Origin: Mobula hypostoma
Lineage: Eukaryota
Direction: 5' to 3'
NCBI RefSeq assembly: GCF_963921235.1
Contig: NC_086097.1
Location: forward strand, 48,610,001 to 48,674,000
DNA: 64,000 bases
This document shows, in pieces, positions 1 to 11,596 of this stretch. A model generated the notes under the pieces. The model did no database searches. It was not told the origin of the DNA and saw only the letters and a list, made by a program, of their open reading frames with translations. The stretch's first letter is position 1, and each line of letters opens with the position of its first letter. The position numbers were made by a program, and so were the translations under genes.

Positions 1-4
1 CCTT

Positions 5-195
5 CCGCCTAGCAGTAATAGTGAGAAGAGAGGCAGGCCAGTCAAACACAGGCAAACATTGCTAAATACCTGTTCATTTTCCACTTTTGATGAACCACAG
101 GTTTGTCTGGTTCGCCTGACAGTAGTAGTGAGAAGAGAGGGAGACCAGTCACAGGTAGATGTCGCTGAACAGCTGTCCATTTTTGCCTTTTGTCC
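5..195. repeat. Degenerate ~108-bp direct repeat pair, probably part of an unclassified interspersed repeat
   Basis: cgcctagcagtaatagtgagaagagaggcaggccagtca... recurs as cgcctgacagtagtagtgagaagagagggagaccagtca... about 108 bp downstream. Confidence 0.55.
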
Positions 196-599
196 TCGAC
201 AATTTTAATCTTGTTCAACACTTAAATCTCTGTAGAGTAATGGAGCTGATCACGGGTTTGTCTTCCACTACCAGACCTTCACACAACATCAACCACCTCC
301 AATGGCTGTCCTGACCTTACATGCACTCTCGAGGGTCTAGTTCATTGAATCTCCAGGAGACTGCAGAAGTGTCAATCATTTGGTCAGTTCAAAAGTACGT
401 CCTTAAAAGGGAAATTACATGCCACAGACAGTAGCAACTGCAGTTCAAAGAAGAACATCTACTAGGGTATCGAGAGTTTTGTGAGCTATTTACAAAAGAT
501 TGCCATTGGTCACCGGCCCCAATTTTTCCCTACTCCCCCACCCTTGTCCTCTCTGAAACTTAGTTACAATCGGCAGCTACTTACCTTTTTGGAGGGTAT

Positions 600-650
600 C
601 AGACCATAAGAGAATAAGACATAGGAGCAGAATTAGGCCATTCGGCCCTA
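600..650 (-). mobile_element. CR1 LINE extreme 3' end fragment
   Basis: ccataag...ataagacataggagcagaattaggccattcggccc matches the CR1 3' tail seen at 14391 and 32571. Confidence 0.7.
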
Positions 651-879
651 TTTTAGGAGCTGTTGGTTTTGCGTTATGTATGCAAGTGTCTGGTGCTGCT
701 AGATGGAGACAGGTATGGTCACAGAATTAAAGAACTCTTCCCTTTCATTTCCTACACATTCCATATTCCAGGTTTTGCCGAAGTGATTGTTATTTTAGGG
801 TATTATCTTCACACATTCTATTATTGGGAATATTGATTCCACCTGACCTTGAATCCATAGGGCAGCTTTAATTCATGGC

Positions 880-1354
880 ACAATACAGATGGAATACTGT
901 GTAGGGAAGTGTATGGTCATGCACGTTTGTAGAAAGAATAAAGGTGTAGACTATTTTCTAAGTGAGGAGAAAATTCAGAAATCAGAGCTGCAGAGGGATT
1001 TAGGAGTCCTAGTGCAGGATTCCCTAAAGGTTAACTTGCAGGTGGAGCTGGTTGTAAGGAAGGCAATGCAATGTAAGCATTCATTTTGAAGGTTAGAATA
1101 TGAAAGCAAGGATGTAATGCTGAGGTTTTATAAGGCATTTGTTGGACTGTATTTGGAATATGGTGAGCAGTTTTGGATGCCTCATCTAGAAAAGATGTGC
1201 TGGCATTGGAGACAGTAGGAGAAGGTTTGCAAGAATACTCCTAGGAATGAAAAAGTTAATTTATAAGGAGCACTTGATGGCTCTAGGCCAATACTTTCTG
1301 GTGTTTAGAAGAATGAGGGAAGCTCTCATTGAAGCCTATTGAATGTTGAAAGGC
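880..1354 (+). mobile_element. CR1 LINE fragment (RT C-terminal region), decayed
   Basis: ORF 889 (KCMVMH...QRDLGVLVQDSLKVNLQVELVVRKA) is homologous to CR1 ORFs at 14781 and 46637; stops and frameshifts present. Confidence 0.85.
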
Positions 1355-4145
1355 TGTCTGGCCCATTACTTATCACGGCCTCTTGGAGTGCTGAAAGGTG
1401 AGCTGTCTACCTAGGAGATGCCTATCGACCTTGAAAGCCTCATTACTCTGGCTGTCTGTATTGACAAGCACCTTATGAAACGACCCTCCAGGTCACTACC
1501 AATGCCTCTAGAATGCAGGTAGTCAGGCAGAGCTTCCGTAACCCCAGCAGGAGCACGAGAGTTAGTGGAGAAACAACTTGTGCACCTACTACAGAGCAGT
1601 GGAACACCAAGGCATCAAATACCCATTGTGTCTGGGAAAATGGCACCTCCAGGTAGAGATGAGTGGCCTCTGATCTGGCAAGCTCTTCCTGGCCCGACGT
1701 TCCATCACCATAGTCTGTCTCACTCATTCTGCCGTCATGCACACTCCGTCTGCCCTACACGCCCAGGAAGCTCTGGTGGATACAGACACTGCAGACAGCT
1801 TTCTGGATTGGACTCTGCACATAGCTTGAAATCCCTACCGAGCCTGTCTCTCACCCCTTCAACATCATGGCGATTGATGGACATCCCTCGCGGTCTGGGA
1901 CTGTCAGTGTGTGCACATGAGCTCAGAGAACACTGCGAATGCATTCATTCCTTCTGACTGAATCACCCAACACTCCTCTCATCCTGGCTACTCCTGACTC
2001 TCCTCTCATGACCCTCACTTCACCCGGTCATCCAGTTCACTGCAGACTTGGGGAACCACCAGCCCCTCCACCTGCCTGCAACCTCGGTAGACTTCACCCT
2101 GTAAATCTGTGGAGATGGAGGAAACGCTCAGCCTCACCAAATCCCCACAGGACTATCATGATTTAGCCATCATCTTCAGTAAAAGGAAATTCAGCACCCT
2201 GCCACCTCACTGACCACACGACTGCATGAGCAACCTCCTCCTGGGCACCACCACCTCCTGAGGTCATCTGTTCTCCCTTTTTCCTCCTGATAGCCAACAC
2301 ATGAATTACTACTATACATTGCTGAAGCACTACATCACGGCTTCATTCACCCATTCTAGTCCCCAGCCAGTGCAGGGTTCTTCTTTGTCAAAAAGAAATA
2401 TGGTGGGGGGGGGAGGAGGATCTTTGTCCCTGCATTGAAACACTCCACAGGGACCAGATATTCACCAAAATCCTAGGCATCTGCAGGGGTGAGTGGAAGA
2501 TGATACTCGTATATCTGCTGGCCAATACAAATACTTGGTGATGTCTTTTAGACTTTCCAACAGTCCAGTCATTTTCCTAGCCTTCAAAATGAGATCTTCC
2601 AAGACATGGCATGCAGGTATGTGTTCTCTACCTCGATGGAATCCTTCTCTTCTCCAATAATTCCGAAGACATGTTGGTTCAGTCCTTCAATGTCTCCTCA
2701 AAAACCGACTGTATTACAAGTTAGAAAAATGTCATTTCCACACGCCAGTCATTTCCTTCCTGGGTTACATCCTTTTACCCCAAAGCATAAACTGTGCACC
2801 ATCATGAAATGGTCCCGGCTGCACAGCCTCAATCTGTTACAGCACTTCTTGGTCTTCTCCAACTTCTACCGCCATTTTTTCAGAAACTACAGTCAAATCG
2901 CTCTTCCACTCATCTACCTCGCAGATAATCTGGTCTGCTGCTGCAGAGCATACTTTCAGGGATCTCAAGAGATGCTTCGCCACCACACCCATTCTCTGCC
3001 ATCTGAACCCCTCCAGAACTTTTATGGTAGAGGTGGATGCATCTGACATGGGCACTGGTGCCATCGTCTCCCAAGGAGGACTGGACAGGAAGACACACCC
3101 TTGTGCTTTCTTTTCACACAAGTTGAACTCTACACATTACTATTATGGAGTAGGAGACAGGGAGCTACTCACTATCAAATGGGAATTGAAGGAATGGAGA
3201 CATTAGCTGGAGGGAAACAGTGAGCCTTTCTGATCTAAACTAACCACCAGAGCCTCATAGCCAAACAACAGACCCATCAACTCAACCATGCCAGGCTCCT
3301 GGGCTCTCTTTTTCAAACAATTCAACACCATCTCCTGCTGATCTGGTTCCAAGGACAAAAAGGTCCCATCATGAAAGTATGACCCAGCTGAAAGAGCAAC
3401 TACCTCTCAGCCCATCATTCCATCCTCTCAAATCCTTGCCCTGATCACCTGGGAGCTTGAGAATCAGACCTGCCAGGCCTTACAACATGAGCCTGCTCTG
3501 GCCATCCCACCAGATGACCATATGCGCGTGCTGGCAGCCTTGCGCGCTGACTCACTCCAGTGGGCCCAGTCCTTGCCCGTCTCCGACCGTCCAGGTGCAC
3601 GCCGGAGTCTGGACTTTCTGTGATGCATGACCGTATGTCAGTCTGCCGCACCTTCCCTCAGTGTGCCCAGTCTAAATCCCCTAACCAACAGCTGTCTAGG
3701 TTCCTGCGGCCCCTAACGGTTCATCACAGGTTTGCAACCTTCGGATGGGGCCATGGTGATCATGTCAGTGGTGGGCCAGCTCTCTAATGCATCTCACCTC
3801 ATTGTCGCGCCCCCCCCAAGCTTCTGTCAGCCGCTGGGATGGCGGAGCTGGCTCTCCAACATGTAGCTCACCTCCACAGCTTCCCTCAGGACATTGTGTC
3901 AGATCAGGGCCGCAATCCACCTCCCACTTCTGGTGAGCCTCCTGCTCTGCCTTCCGCACCTCAGTGAGTTTGTCCTCTGGCTATCATCCACAGACCAACG
4001 GTCAGTCAGAAAGAGTCAGTCAAGAAGTGAAGAAGTTTCTGTGATGCTTTGTTGCCTCTAACCCTTCCATACGGAAGAAGTATCTGCTCTGGTTTGAGCT
4101 GTTCCTCAATGTACACACCTCCTCTGCCACAGGTATGTTACCCTT

Positions 4146-4869
4146 TGTATTGGAGGGGTCGTGACTGTCATGTGACAGCACTGGCCATTATCTGGTCGAA
4201 AGACATGCCACCTGCCAATCAAGGTTTGACCCCTCCTCGCCCATCAATGCACACCTAACCACTGGCCCCTTTAATTAGCCTTGTACTTAGCCTCGGGCAA
4301 TTGGCCTTTGTAATCAGCTTAACTCTGCTGGCACCGAGCCACTGGCCCCCTGTGAATTACCTGGGTGGGACCCTCCAGTGCTGCTGCACTATAAAGGGTG
4401 CCACGTGTGCTAGACCCTCTCTCTCTTTGCCATCCAAGGGACCACCCTGCTTCATTCCAGGCTGAGAACTGTGGAACAGCCCTGGAGAAATTATTGGTGA
4501 GTTGTGCATTGAATAGGGTTAGGAGCATTGGTTATTGTCCCTAAAAGCAGAGGGCCGTGCCTCCACAGAGTCAAGGGGTGGCGGATATCGTATTGACTTT
4601 TCCCTTGGGTGTGTGTCTGTGTGTGTGTGTGTGTATATAGATATATATATACGCGCATGTACTTTGTTCCCATGTGATTTTATTGATTGTGTGTTTTATC
4701 ACCGATCCGACTTTTCGCAGGACTGCTGTAAATTGTATGCGTGAGCGTGTGGCTTCTGTTGCCATTTTCCCGCATTCACCTTCTGTAAATAAAATACTTT
4801 ACTACCAAGACTATGTGTTGAGAATCCTTGTCCTTGAGACCTATCGAATCTGTTTCCTCACTTACAACA
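4146..4869 (+). mobile_element. Solo LTR (724 bp) inserted into the Gypsy integrase
   Basis: TGT...ACA termini, 5-bp TSD CCCTT (4141-4145 / 4870-4874), TATAAA at ~4390, AATAAA at ~4788; removing it restores TGMLPFKVLHDYQP. Confidence 0.9.
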
Positions 4870-5386
4870 CCCTTTAAAGTGCTTCATGACTACCAGCCCT
4901 GCTTTTCCCCACAGAGGAGCACATGATGGGACTACTGTCCACTAGGGCCCTGGTTCACTGCCACCAGGATGCTCGGAGGAGGGCATGGAGGCCAGCCTAG
5001 CTGTCAAATGTGCCCACTACAACCATGCCAGCTGTTGTCGGCATCTGAGGGACCACCCTGCTTCACTCCAGGCTGAGAACCATGGAACAGCGCTGGAACC
5101 ATGCATGGCCACTCACCTAAGGTGTGCCTCTTCACATCGACTCCCACCACACCTACCTTCCACATGTCCTGCCTCCAAACCTGTTATCTGTGAATCATTT
5201 AACCTACCTGAGCCTGCACCTCCTGAACCTAGGATGGTGGAAGTTGATCCAGTGTACAGGGTTTGCTGGTTGCTGGATTCGCGTTACCCATGGATGGGGT
5301 GTGCAATGCCCCATTGAAAAGTTCCACTGGATCCATCCAGATTTTCTTGGTGCCATTGGGAGCCAGCCATTGTCAGGGTGGGGTCC

Positions 5387-5790
5387 TGTCAGGCCTGCAC
5401 AAGTAGCAATCTCCCATTCATCACCCAGCTAATAGGATTCACCTGCCACTCACTCCAGAGTCATCACCTGCAGCCTTGTTAACACCAGTTCTCTTCCACA
5501 GTCCTTGTTCTGGTGGTAATGCACCATTAAGCTGGATGCCAACCGCCGTAAAACGAGATAGAGACAGTCCTTGTTCACTCATCGAATCAGCTGGCCTTAA
5601 CCAAATGCTCTTAGCTTTCACCTGCCCTGTCTAAAGTTTATCTTGATGCTTGTTGTGTTTAGTTTTTGTTCACTCTTGTTTTGTGGCCCCTTATGACTTG
5701 TAATTTTGTGGTCTGTTATTAATTCTGTTCACTGCTGAGTCATCCCCACTGCTTTGCTTTTGGGTCAAGCCTCCTCTTCATTTCCAGACT
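5387..5790 (+). repeat. 3' LTR of the host Gypsy element (end approximate)
   Basis: Starts with TG after the purine-rich tract agggtgggg and the chromodomain; non-coding. Confidence 0.6.
5511..5563 (+). mobile_element. 53-bp 3'-terminal fragment of the I/Nimb-type LINE also found at 30354-31259
   Basis: Near-identical to ~31202-31255; perfect 13-bp TSD acagtccttgttc (5498-5510 / 5564-5576). Confidence 0.9.
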
Positions 5791-5856
5791 GGTGGAACAG
5801 AGTCGATGGGCCAAGTGGCCTAATTCTGCTCCTACTTGAGTCTGATGTTCCTATGG
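5790..5856 (+). mobile_element. CR1 3' tail fragment
   Basis: gatgggccaagtggcctaattctgctcct...ctatggtc is the CR1 3' terminal motif also seen at 55780. Confidence 0.7.
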
Positions 5857-7214
5857 TCAATACAAACCCAAACAAAATAAATGAAACAATTGATAAATGC
5901 ATTCTATTTCAATATATTTCTGCACCTTTCAATCTGTCCAGCTCCAGAGACTTTGCACAATCTCAAACAATAGGAAGAAATTGTGATATGGGAAGTTTCC
6001 AGTGAATCTTATCTCAATGTCTGGAGGTGATGTATTCCTTCACTAGTTAAGATGCATCATGTAAGATGTCACTACAACAAGGTATACCTTAGATATTGTG
6101 AGTAGATAATACATAGGCAGATGGACATGGACATGGGAAATGTGCGGGCAGTTCACACCGGAACTGGAAATGACAGTGATGATCTGGTCACACGCGCTCA
6201 GTGTTGAGCAGAAGCCATTCTGTAAATACAGATGTTTACCCACACTGTTTGTCTTTACCAAGAGCAAACACAACAACATAATGGAATAACCATAACCATA
6301 ATGGAATCAATGAAAGGCTGCAGCAACTGGGTGTTTGACTGTAGCTATATGCAGCACTAGTACTAGTTTGGGATCCCCTATGAAACTACATTTGTAACAA
6401 ATTGAATAAGACATTCCTTGAAGTTGCATTTCCTACCTCAAAAGAAACAACAAGGCTCCAGCTCTGCATTTACTAGCAGGACCTGCATGCAATGCTCACA
6501 GCTGCTTGTGGGGACAATGTTACCTTCAGTGTATGCAGTCACTTCCCACAAGACCCTTTACTGTTATGGAGTTCCTACTACCTCACCCTACCGTGAGGCA
6601 GGGAGGCAGGGAGACAGAGATCAGTTTGTTGCACTGAGGTACATCAAATAAAATCTTTTCATACACTAATGGGGAAAAAAAAGAAAAAACATAGCACCAT
6701 CATTTTCAGCATCATTCTGTACGTCCATCAGTTGTTGTGATCTCTGCATTGCAGTCAGAACAGAGAACCTTTATTTTCTGTCTCAGAGGATTTCAGTGGA
6801 ATGTGCTCCTTATGTTTTACACACAACAGTTGTTCTTCTATTGTGGGTGGTCTGACTGGGGAGAGGGTTAAATGATATGGCTTTGATAAAGTGACATCGT
6901 TTCACATGTGCAGAGTTTTACACACATCAGGGGTCCCAGCTGCAAGTGGCTGGTCCAATTTCCCAAAAGTAGCTAATTTACCTGGATTGCTAACACAATT
7001 CATTTTGGGCAAAACTCATTTTAGCCCAGAATGTTAAAAAGGAGAAGTAGTCCCTGGTCCAATTTCTGCTAGTTATTGGTGCACTTTAATTTACATGTAA
7101 AGATTTTGACTTCATATCCTGCTGCTCTCTGATATAGAATAATTGAAATAAAAGTAGTATTGCAATTCATCTTAAAATAAGTTATTTCATCTCATGTTTG
7201 AAGGGCAGAGTGTT

Positions 7215-7400
7215 ACACATTCTCCAACTTACTGTATGAGTTCTCCTGGGTGCTGCAGTTTCCTCCCACCTCCCAGAGACATGCTTCAAGTTACTTGGCT
7301 ACTGGAAATTGCTCTTTATTGTATATTTATGTCAAACTACTCTAAACAGGAAATTGGCGACCATGCGAGAATGAACAGGGGAATATAAAATAAGAACTGA
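7215..7400 (+). mobile_element. Degenerate V-SINE fragment
   Basis: ttctcctgggtgctgcagtttcctcccac resembles the V-domain of the SINE at 40374. Confidence 0.55.
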
Positions 7401-7462
7401 ACTGATAGTGTTCCCTGTTTGTGTTGTGTATTTAATATTTAAGTAATATTTTAGTAATCTTG

Positions 7463-7468
7463 TATGTA

Positions 7469-7512
<44 letters not shown>
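7463..7512. repeat. (TG)n(TA)n microsatellite
   Basis: Directly visible. Confidence 0.95.
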
Positions 7513-7515
<3 letters not shown>

Positions 7516-8466
7516 ATTAAGCATTCTTATTAATTTAAATAATTCAGTGTGGGTTATATGTATAAATACATGAATTGCATATGTCATCACACTGCCATGT
7601 GATATGTGCCACATATCGCTTAAAGGAAACATACTCCCATTTCAGATGCTCATGTCTTCCTTTGAATTAGTTTAATGTTTTGACATAAACAGCTGGAACC
7701 CCGCAGGGACATGTTGGGCCAAATAACCTCCTTCTAGGTTATAATACCGTACATATGTAACAAGTAGCAGTGGCTTTCCCTTTATTTCTTATGTCATCCC
7801 TCAGGACTGAAGATGATTCAGTAACACTGATTTCTGAGCGGGCTGACAAGGTTAGTGTGAGGCCTGCAGACTGTGCTACCGGTGGGTGAGTGATGTGAAA
7901 GGTACAAGCTCCTTCCATCATTGCTTCTGGAGTTCTGAGCTCCAGACCCATGAACTTGAAGCTTTTGGTGCTAACCCGAATGCTCACTCTCCACTTTGAG
8001 TGGTCACGTACCAAAGGATGTTGGCCTAGGAGACAGCTTTTCTTTGTTGGTTTGCTTATCCTTCCAGTGAATTTGGAGAATTTTGCAGAGTCGGTGTTTG
8101 AATACACTTTAAGGTATCCACTGCTGATAGTACAGGACTCAGAAGCATTTAACAGGATAAGGTTAACTGTTACCTGATTGAACTAGAACATTATGTAGTG
8201 GTGAAAGTCTTTTCCTGAGACCAGCGTGACAAATTTCATTATAAATGTTTCCCTTCTCTGAGATCAGGGGGCTGTGATATGGGAAGAAGTGTCTTCCATG
8301 GTCTAGTTGTACATTTTTATTGACAGATGGTTGTGTTGTTTAGCAGGGTCAAGTTAGTAAAGGGTTTTTACTTTGGGGAACTGAGTGTGATCCACTATGC
8401 ACCACCAAGTGAAATTATACAGAAATATGGAACATTTGACTGTTGCAAGGGAATTAACAGGCAATA

Positions 8467-8551
8467 ATGCCACTAAAGGATTTAAATGATAATGCTTTGG
8501 AAGACCTGTGTGGTGACTTTCAAGACAACGAACTAGAAGAGGCTGATAAAG
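8467..8551 (+). other. Candidate coding exon of an unidentified host gene (MPLKDLNDNALEDLCGDFQDNELEEADK)
   Basis: Non-repeat sequence, ATG with A at -3, acidic peptide, consensus donor AAG|GTAAGT at 8551/8552; no homology recognised. Confidence 0.3.
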
Positions 8552-8721
8552 GTAAGTTTTCACTATCAGTGTTTTCACTGAATCTTCATTGCCTGCATTA
8601 TTTTTCCCTTAGCCGTAAGTCCAGCCTTTTTTTTTTGGGTCCTTTATTTTAGCTCTTAAATCGTGAAACACATTCACTGATAGATTTGTTATCTTAAATT
8701 ATTGCCACCATGTAAGAGAAA

Positions 8722-8845
8722 TTGTCTTAGCCCAAAGCGTCGACTGAACTTTTTTTCCCATCAATGCGGCCTGGCCTGCTGAGTTCCTCCGGCATTTTGT
8801 GTGTGTTGCTTGGATTTCCAGCATCTGCAGATTCTCTCTTGTTTG
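8722..8845 (+). mobile_element. Penelope pLTR fragment
   Basis: gcccaaagcgtcgactg...gcctggcctgctgagttcctccggcattttgtgtgtgttgc, the same repeat as at 9471, 22425 and 36039. Confidence 0.85.
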
Positions 8846-9039
8846 CAAAAGCTTGGATCTGTTAGTTTTATTAATGTTGTGGTCCATAAAAATAAAGATT
8901 GAGCAGTTTCCTTTATCCTTTTGGGGTTTCACAGACACTGTGAACATTTAAACAGGGTTAACAATTACATTGAAAGAACTCAAGCATTTTTTCCTATGCT
9001 AGTACACTAATCAGTGTCATTCCAGAAGAAAGCAAACTA

Positions 9040-9420
9040 ATCTTTAAGATATGCTCCAGAGAGTATTTTTAGTGATGAGTATCTGGGCAGTGCTTCAATG
9101 CTAATGGTCATTAATCTTGATCTTTAGCAATTGATCTTTAGCAGGAGCAAAATCCACAAAAGAAATGAACTTGCTTTGGTTCAAAAAGTTTTGATAGAGG
9201 TAAGAATGTTGGCCAAGAGAACTTCCTGCTCTTCTTCGACCAGTGACTTCTCCACACAAATCACTGGAACAGAGTCAAGGTCTTCATTTGTCACATCACC
9301 TGAGGGACATTGAACCAAACTAGCATCTCCTCTGTGTTTGAGATTACACACTGAGAGTATATGATGTGAAGCTCGAGCAGATAAGCCTCAGACTCTGGGA
9401 TAAATGTATTACTAACAAAG
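9040..9420 (-). mobile_element. Ancient DeuSINE-like (SacSINE1/AmnSINE1-type) remnant
   Basis: Degenerate similarity to the recalled Deu-domain motif (gagaacttcctgctcttcttcg...); not aligned. Confidence 0.4.
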
Positions 9421-9470
9421 GGAAGGTAGATCAACCTCATCCAAGCTTGAAGCAAACATATTGATAAAGT

Positions 9471-9609
9471 AGTTAGTCCTGACAAAGAGTCTCGGCCCGA
9501 AACGTTGACTGTACCTCTTCCTAGAGATGCTGCCTGGCCTGCTGCGTTCACCAGCAACTTTGATGTGTTGCTTGAAATTCCAGCATCTGCAGATTTCCTC
9601 GTGTTTGCG
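9471..9609 (+). mobile_element. 139-bp Penelope-derived mini-insertion beginning with a hammerhead motif
   Basis: Perfect 13-bp TSD atattgataaagt (9458-9470 / 9610-9622); pLTR sequence. Confidence 0.9.
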
Positions 9610-11596
9610 ATATTGATAAAGTTCACTGGTTTGACCACATATCCAGATGACTCATGAATATAGGAGAATATACCACATATTTTGTACAAACTGTTTTCAT
9701 AATTGGGTATTTGGGATATTATCTTTCCATTTTATCAAACCAAGCTATAGTTAAATAAATCAATTCTGCTTACAGAATTCCTGCACAGAACCAGCACATT
9801 TAAATCCTTTTGGCCAATGGTTTGATTACCTGCAGGCAAAGAAAAATGATTTGTGAACAGTGTTTCATTAACACTGTGCTGGCTATGTTCTTTACCTGGC
9901 CCTCCTGTAGGGATTATAAAGAACTTTGCTAATAACAAAGACTGCTTGTGTTCCTCAATTAACTCATAGTGTGGATGAGATAAAAGGTAACCTTTAACAT
10001 TCACAGTAGCCGATATTTACAGACGAAAAAGAGAAGGCACTTTGAAATGAGAATAAAATTTAAACCAACTCACATTCTGCCTTTGTTGCATGTCATTTCT
10101 GTTTCATGAATATCACTGAGAACTTATTTTGCATTGCTTCAATAATTTATGCTGCTAAGTCTTAGAACCACCCAAAAGGAGTAATGGAATATTAATCCAT
10201 CCTGCAGATTTTATGTCATCATTATGCTTTGACTTTATATGTATCCTGTGCCCATGAGGCATAAAATGTGTTCTTTGTGTTTCAGGGACTAACATACAGG
10301 TAATTTCTTCTGATGCTATGGTTGTGTAATTTGCATATTCTTTTATCCTACCATTCTATTATGAATACAGATTATTTTATACTTTTTTTGAAGGAACTCT
10401 AAACAGTAGGCACATTAACCACACAAGGGCCTCTCAAATATTCAAATGAGAGTGATTTCCATGGTGATGATACCTAGTAACAATTATGGTCAGTCCATAC
10501 AGCTGAGACACATTGTGGCCCTACACAGAATATATCCTAATGGATTGTTGGTGCAAAGTATTGATTCCACTTTAATTTTCAAATTGTTGGATTTAAAGCC
10601 GTGATATCGTTGTTAATTATAGGTATAATTTTCTATTTGTGTGCCAGCAGTTTTCATTTTTTTAGTAACCAGCGGTGTAATTGGAGCTTACCTTATTGGG
10701 GTGAATATTAGATAAGCTGACTGCTTTGTCCACCACCCAGCAAGTCAATAGAATGATAAATCCTCTAGGGCACATTGGACGGAGGTCAGTCTGATACAAG
10801 CTGTGTAAAGTTACCTCAAATTTAAAATAAAAGCTGTAGAAGCTTAATGGTAATATATCCTTTGAGAGCTGCAAAAAAAAAAATCAAGATTCAAAAATTT
10901 CTGTTCTGTGTGATCAATGTGAATTTAAATGGCTCGGCCAAACTTTTACACTTTACAAACACCTTAAAAGCATTAAGATGCTCCTGAGACCAAAATTCTG
11001 CCATTACATTAAAGCTGAAGATTTTAAATTTTGGCTCTGGCTTGAATTACCAATGACTTCGGGATACTGCTCATCTCGTTTGAGTACCGTGTCTGGGCTT
11101 TACAGATAATTATTTTTCATATTTAATGGACTTAAAGAACACAGCAGTAGCATTATTGACGTATTCCTGACATGATATTTCTTAAGGGTGTTGCATGTGC
11201 TCAGTACCACAAATATCCTAGAATTATGTACTGTCATAGAGCCCACTATAGAATAGGCTTCAACTCATCATTAAACACCCATTTATATGAATTCTACACT
11301 AATTATGTTTTATTCTCCCCACATTCCCATTAACATCCCAAAATTCTATTACCCACCCATACACTTGAGGGAATTTAGAATGGGTAAATAATTGGAATTG
11401 GTTTATTAGTGTCATTTGTACTAAGATACTGGGAAAGGCTTGTCTTGCATACCACTCTTGCAGATTAATTCATTGAGGCAGAACAAGGTAAATCAATACC
11501 AGAATACAAAATAAAGTGCAACAGCTACAGAGAAAGTGCAGGGCAAGTAGTTAATAAGGTGCAGGATCATAATGAGGTAGATTGTCTGGTAAGGAG

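Larger units (their letters stand above)
1355..5790 (+). mobile_element. Decayed Ty3/Gypsy chromovirus-like (sushi-type) LTR retrotransposon lacking its 5' LTR
   Basis: Remnants in order: gag (DLESLITLAVCID), protease (ALVDTDTADSFL ~1770), RT (SPASAGFFFVKKK ~2360), RNase H (VEVDASDMGTGAIVSQ...HPCAFFSHKL...DRELLTIK, ORF 3024), integrase ([11 protein letters not shown] ~3985) and chromodomain start (VYRVCWLLDSR ~5250); purine tract followed by TGTCAGG at 5387. Confidence 0.9.
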
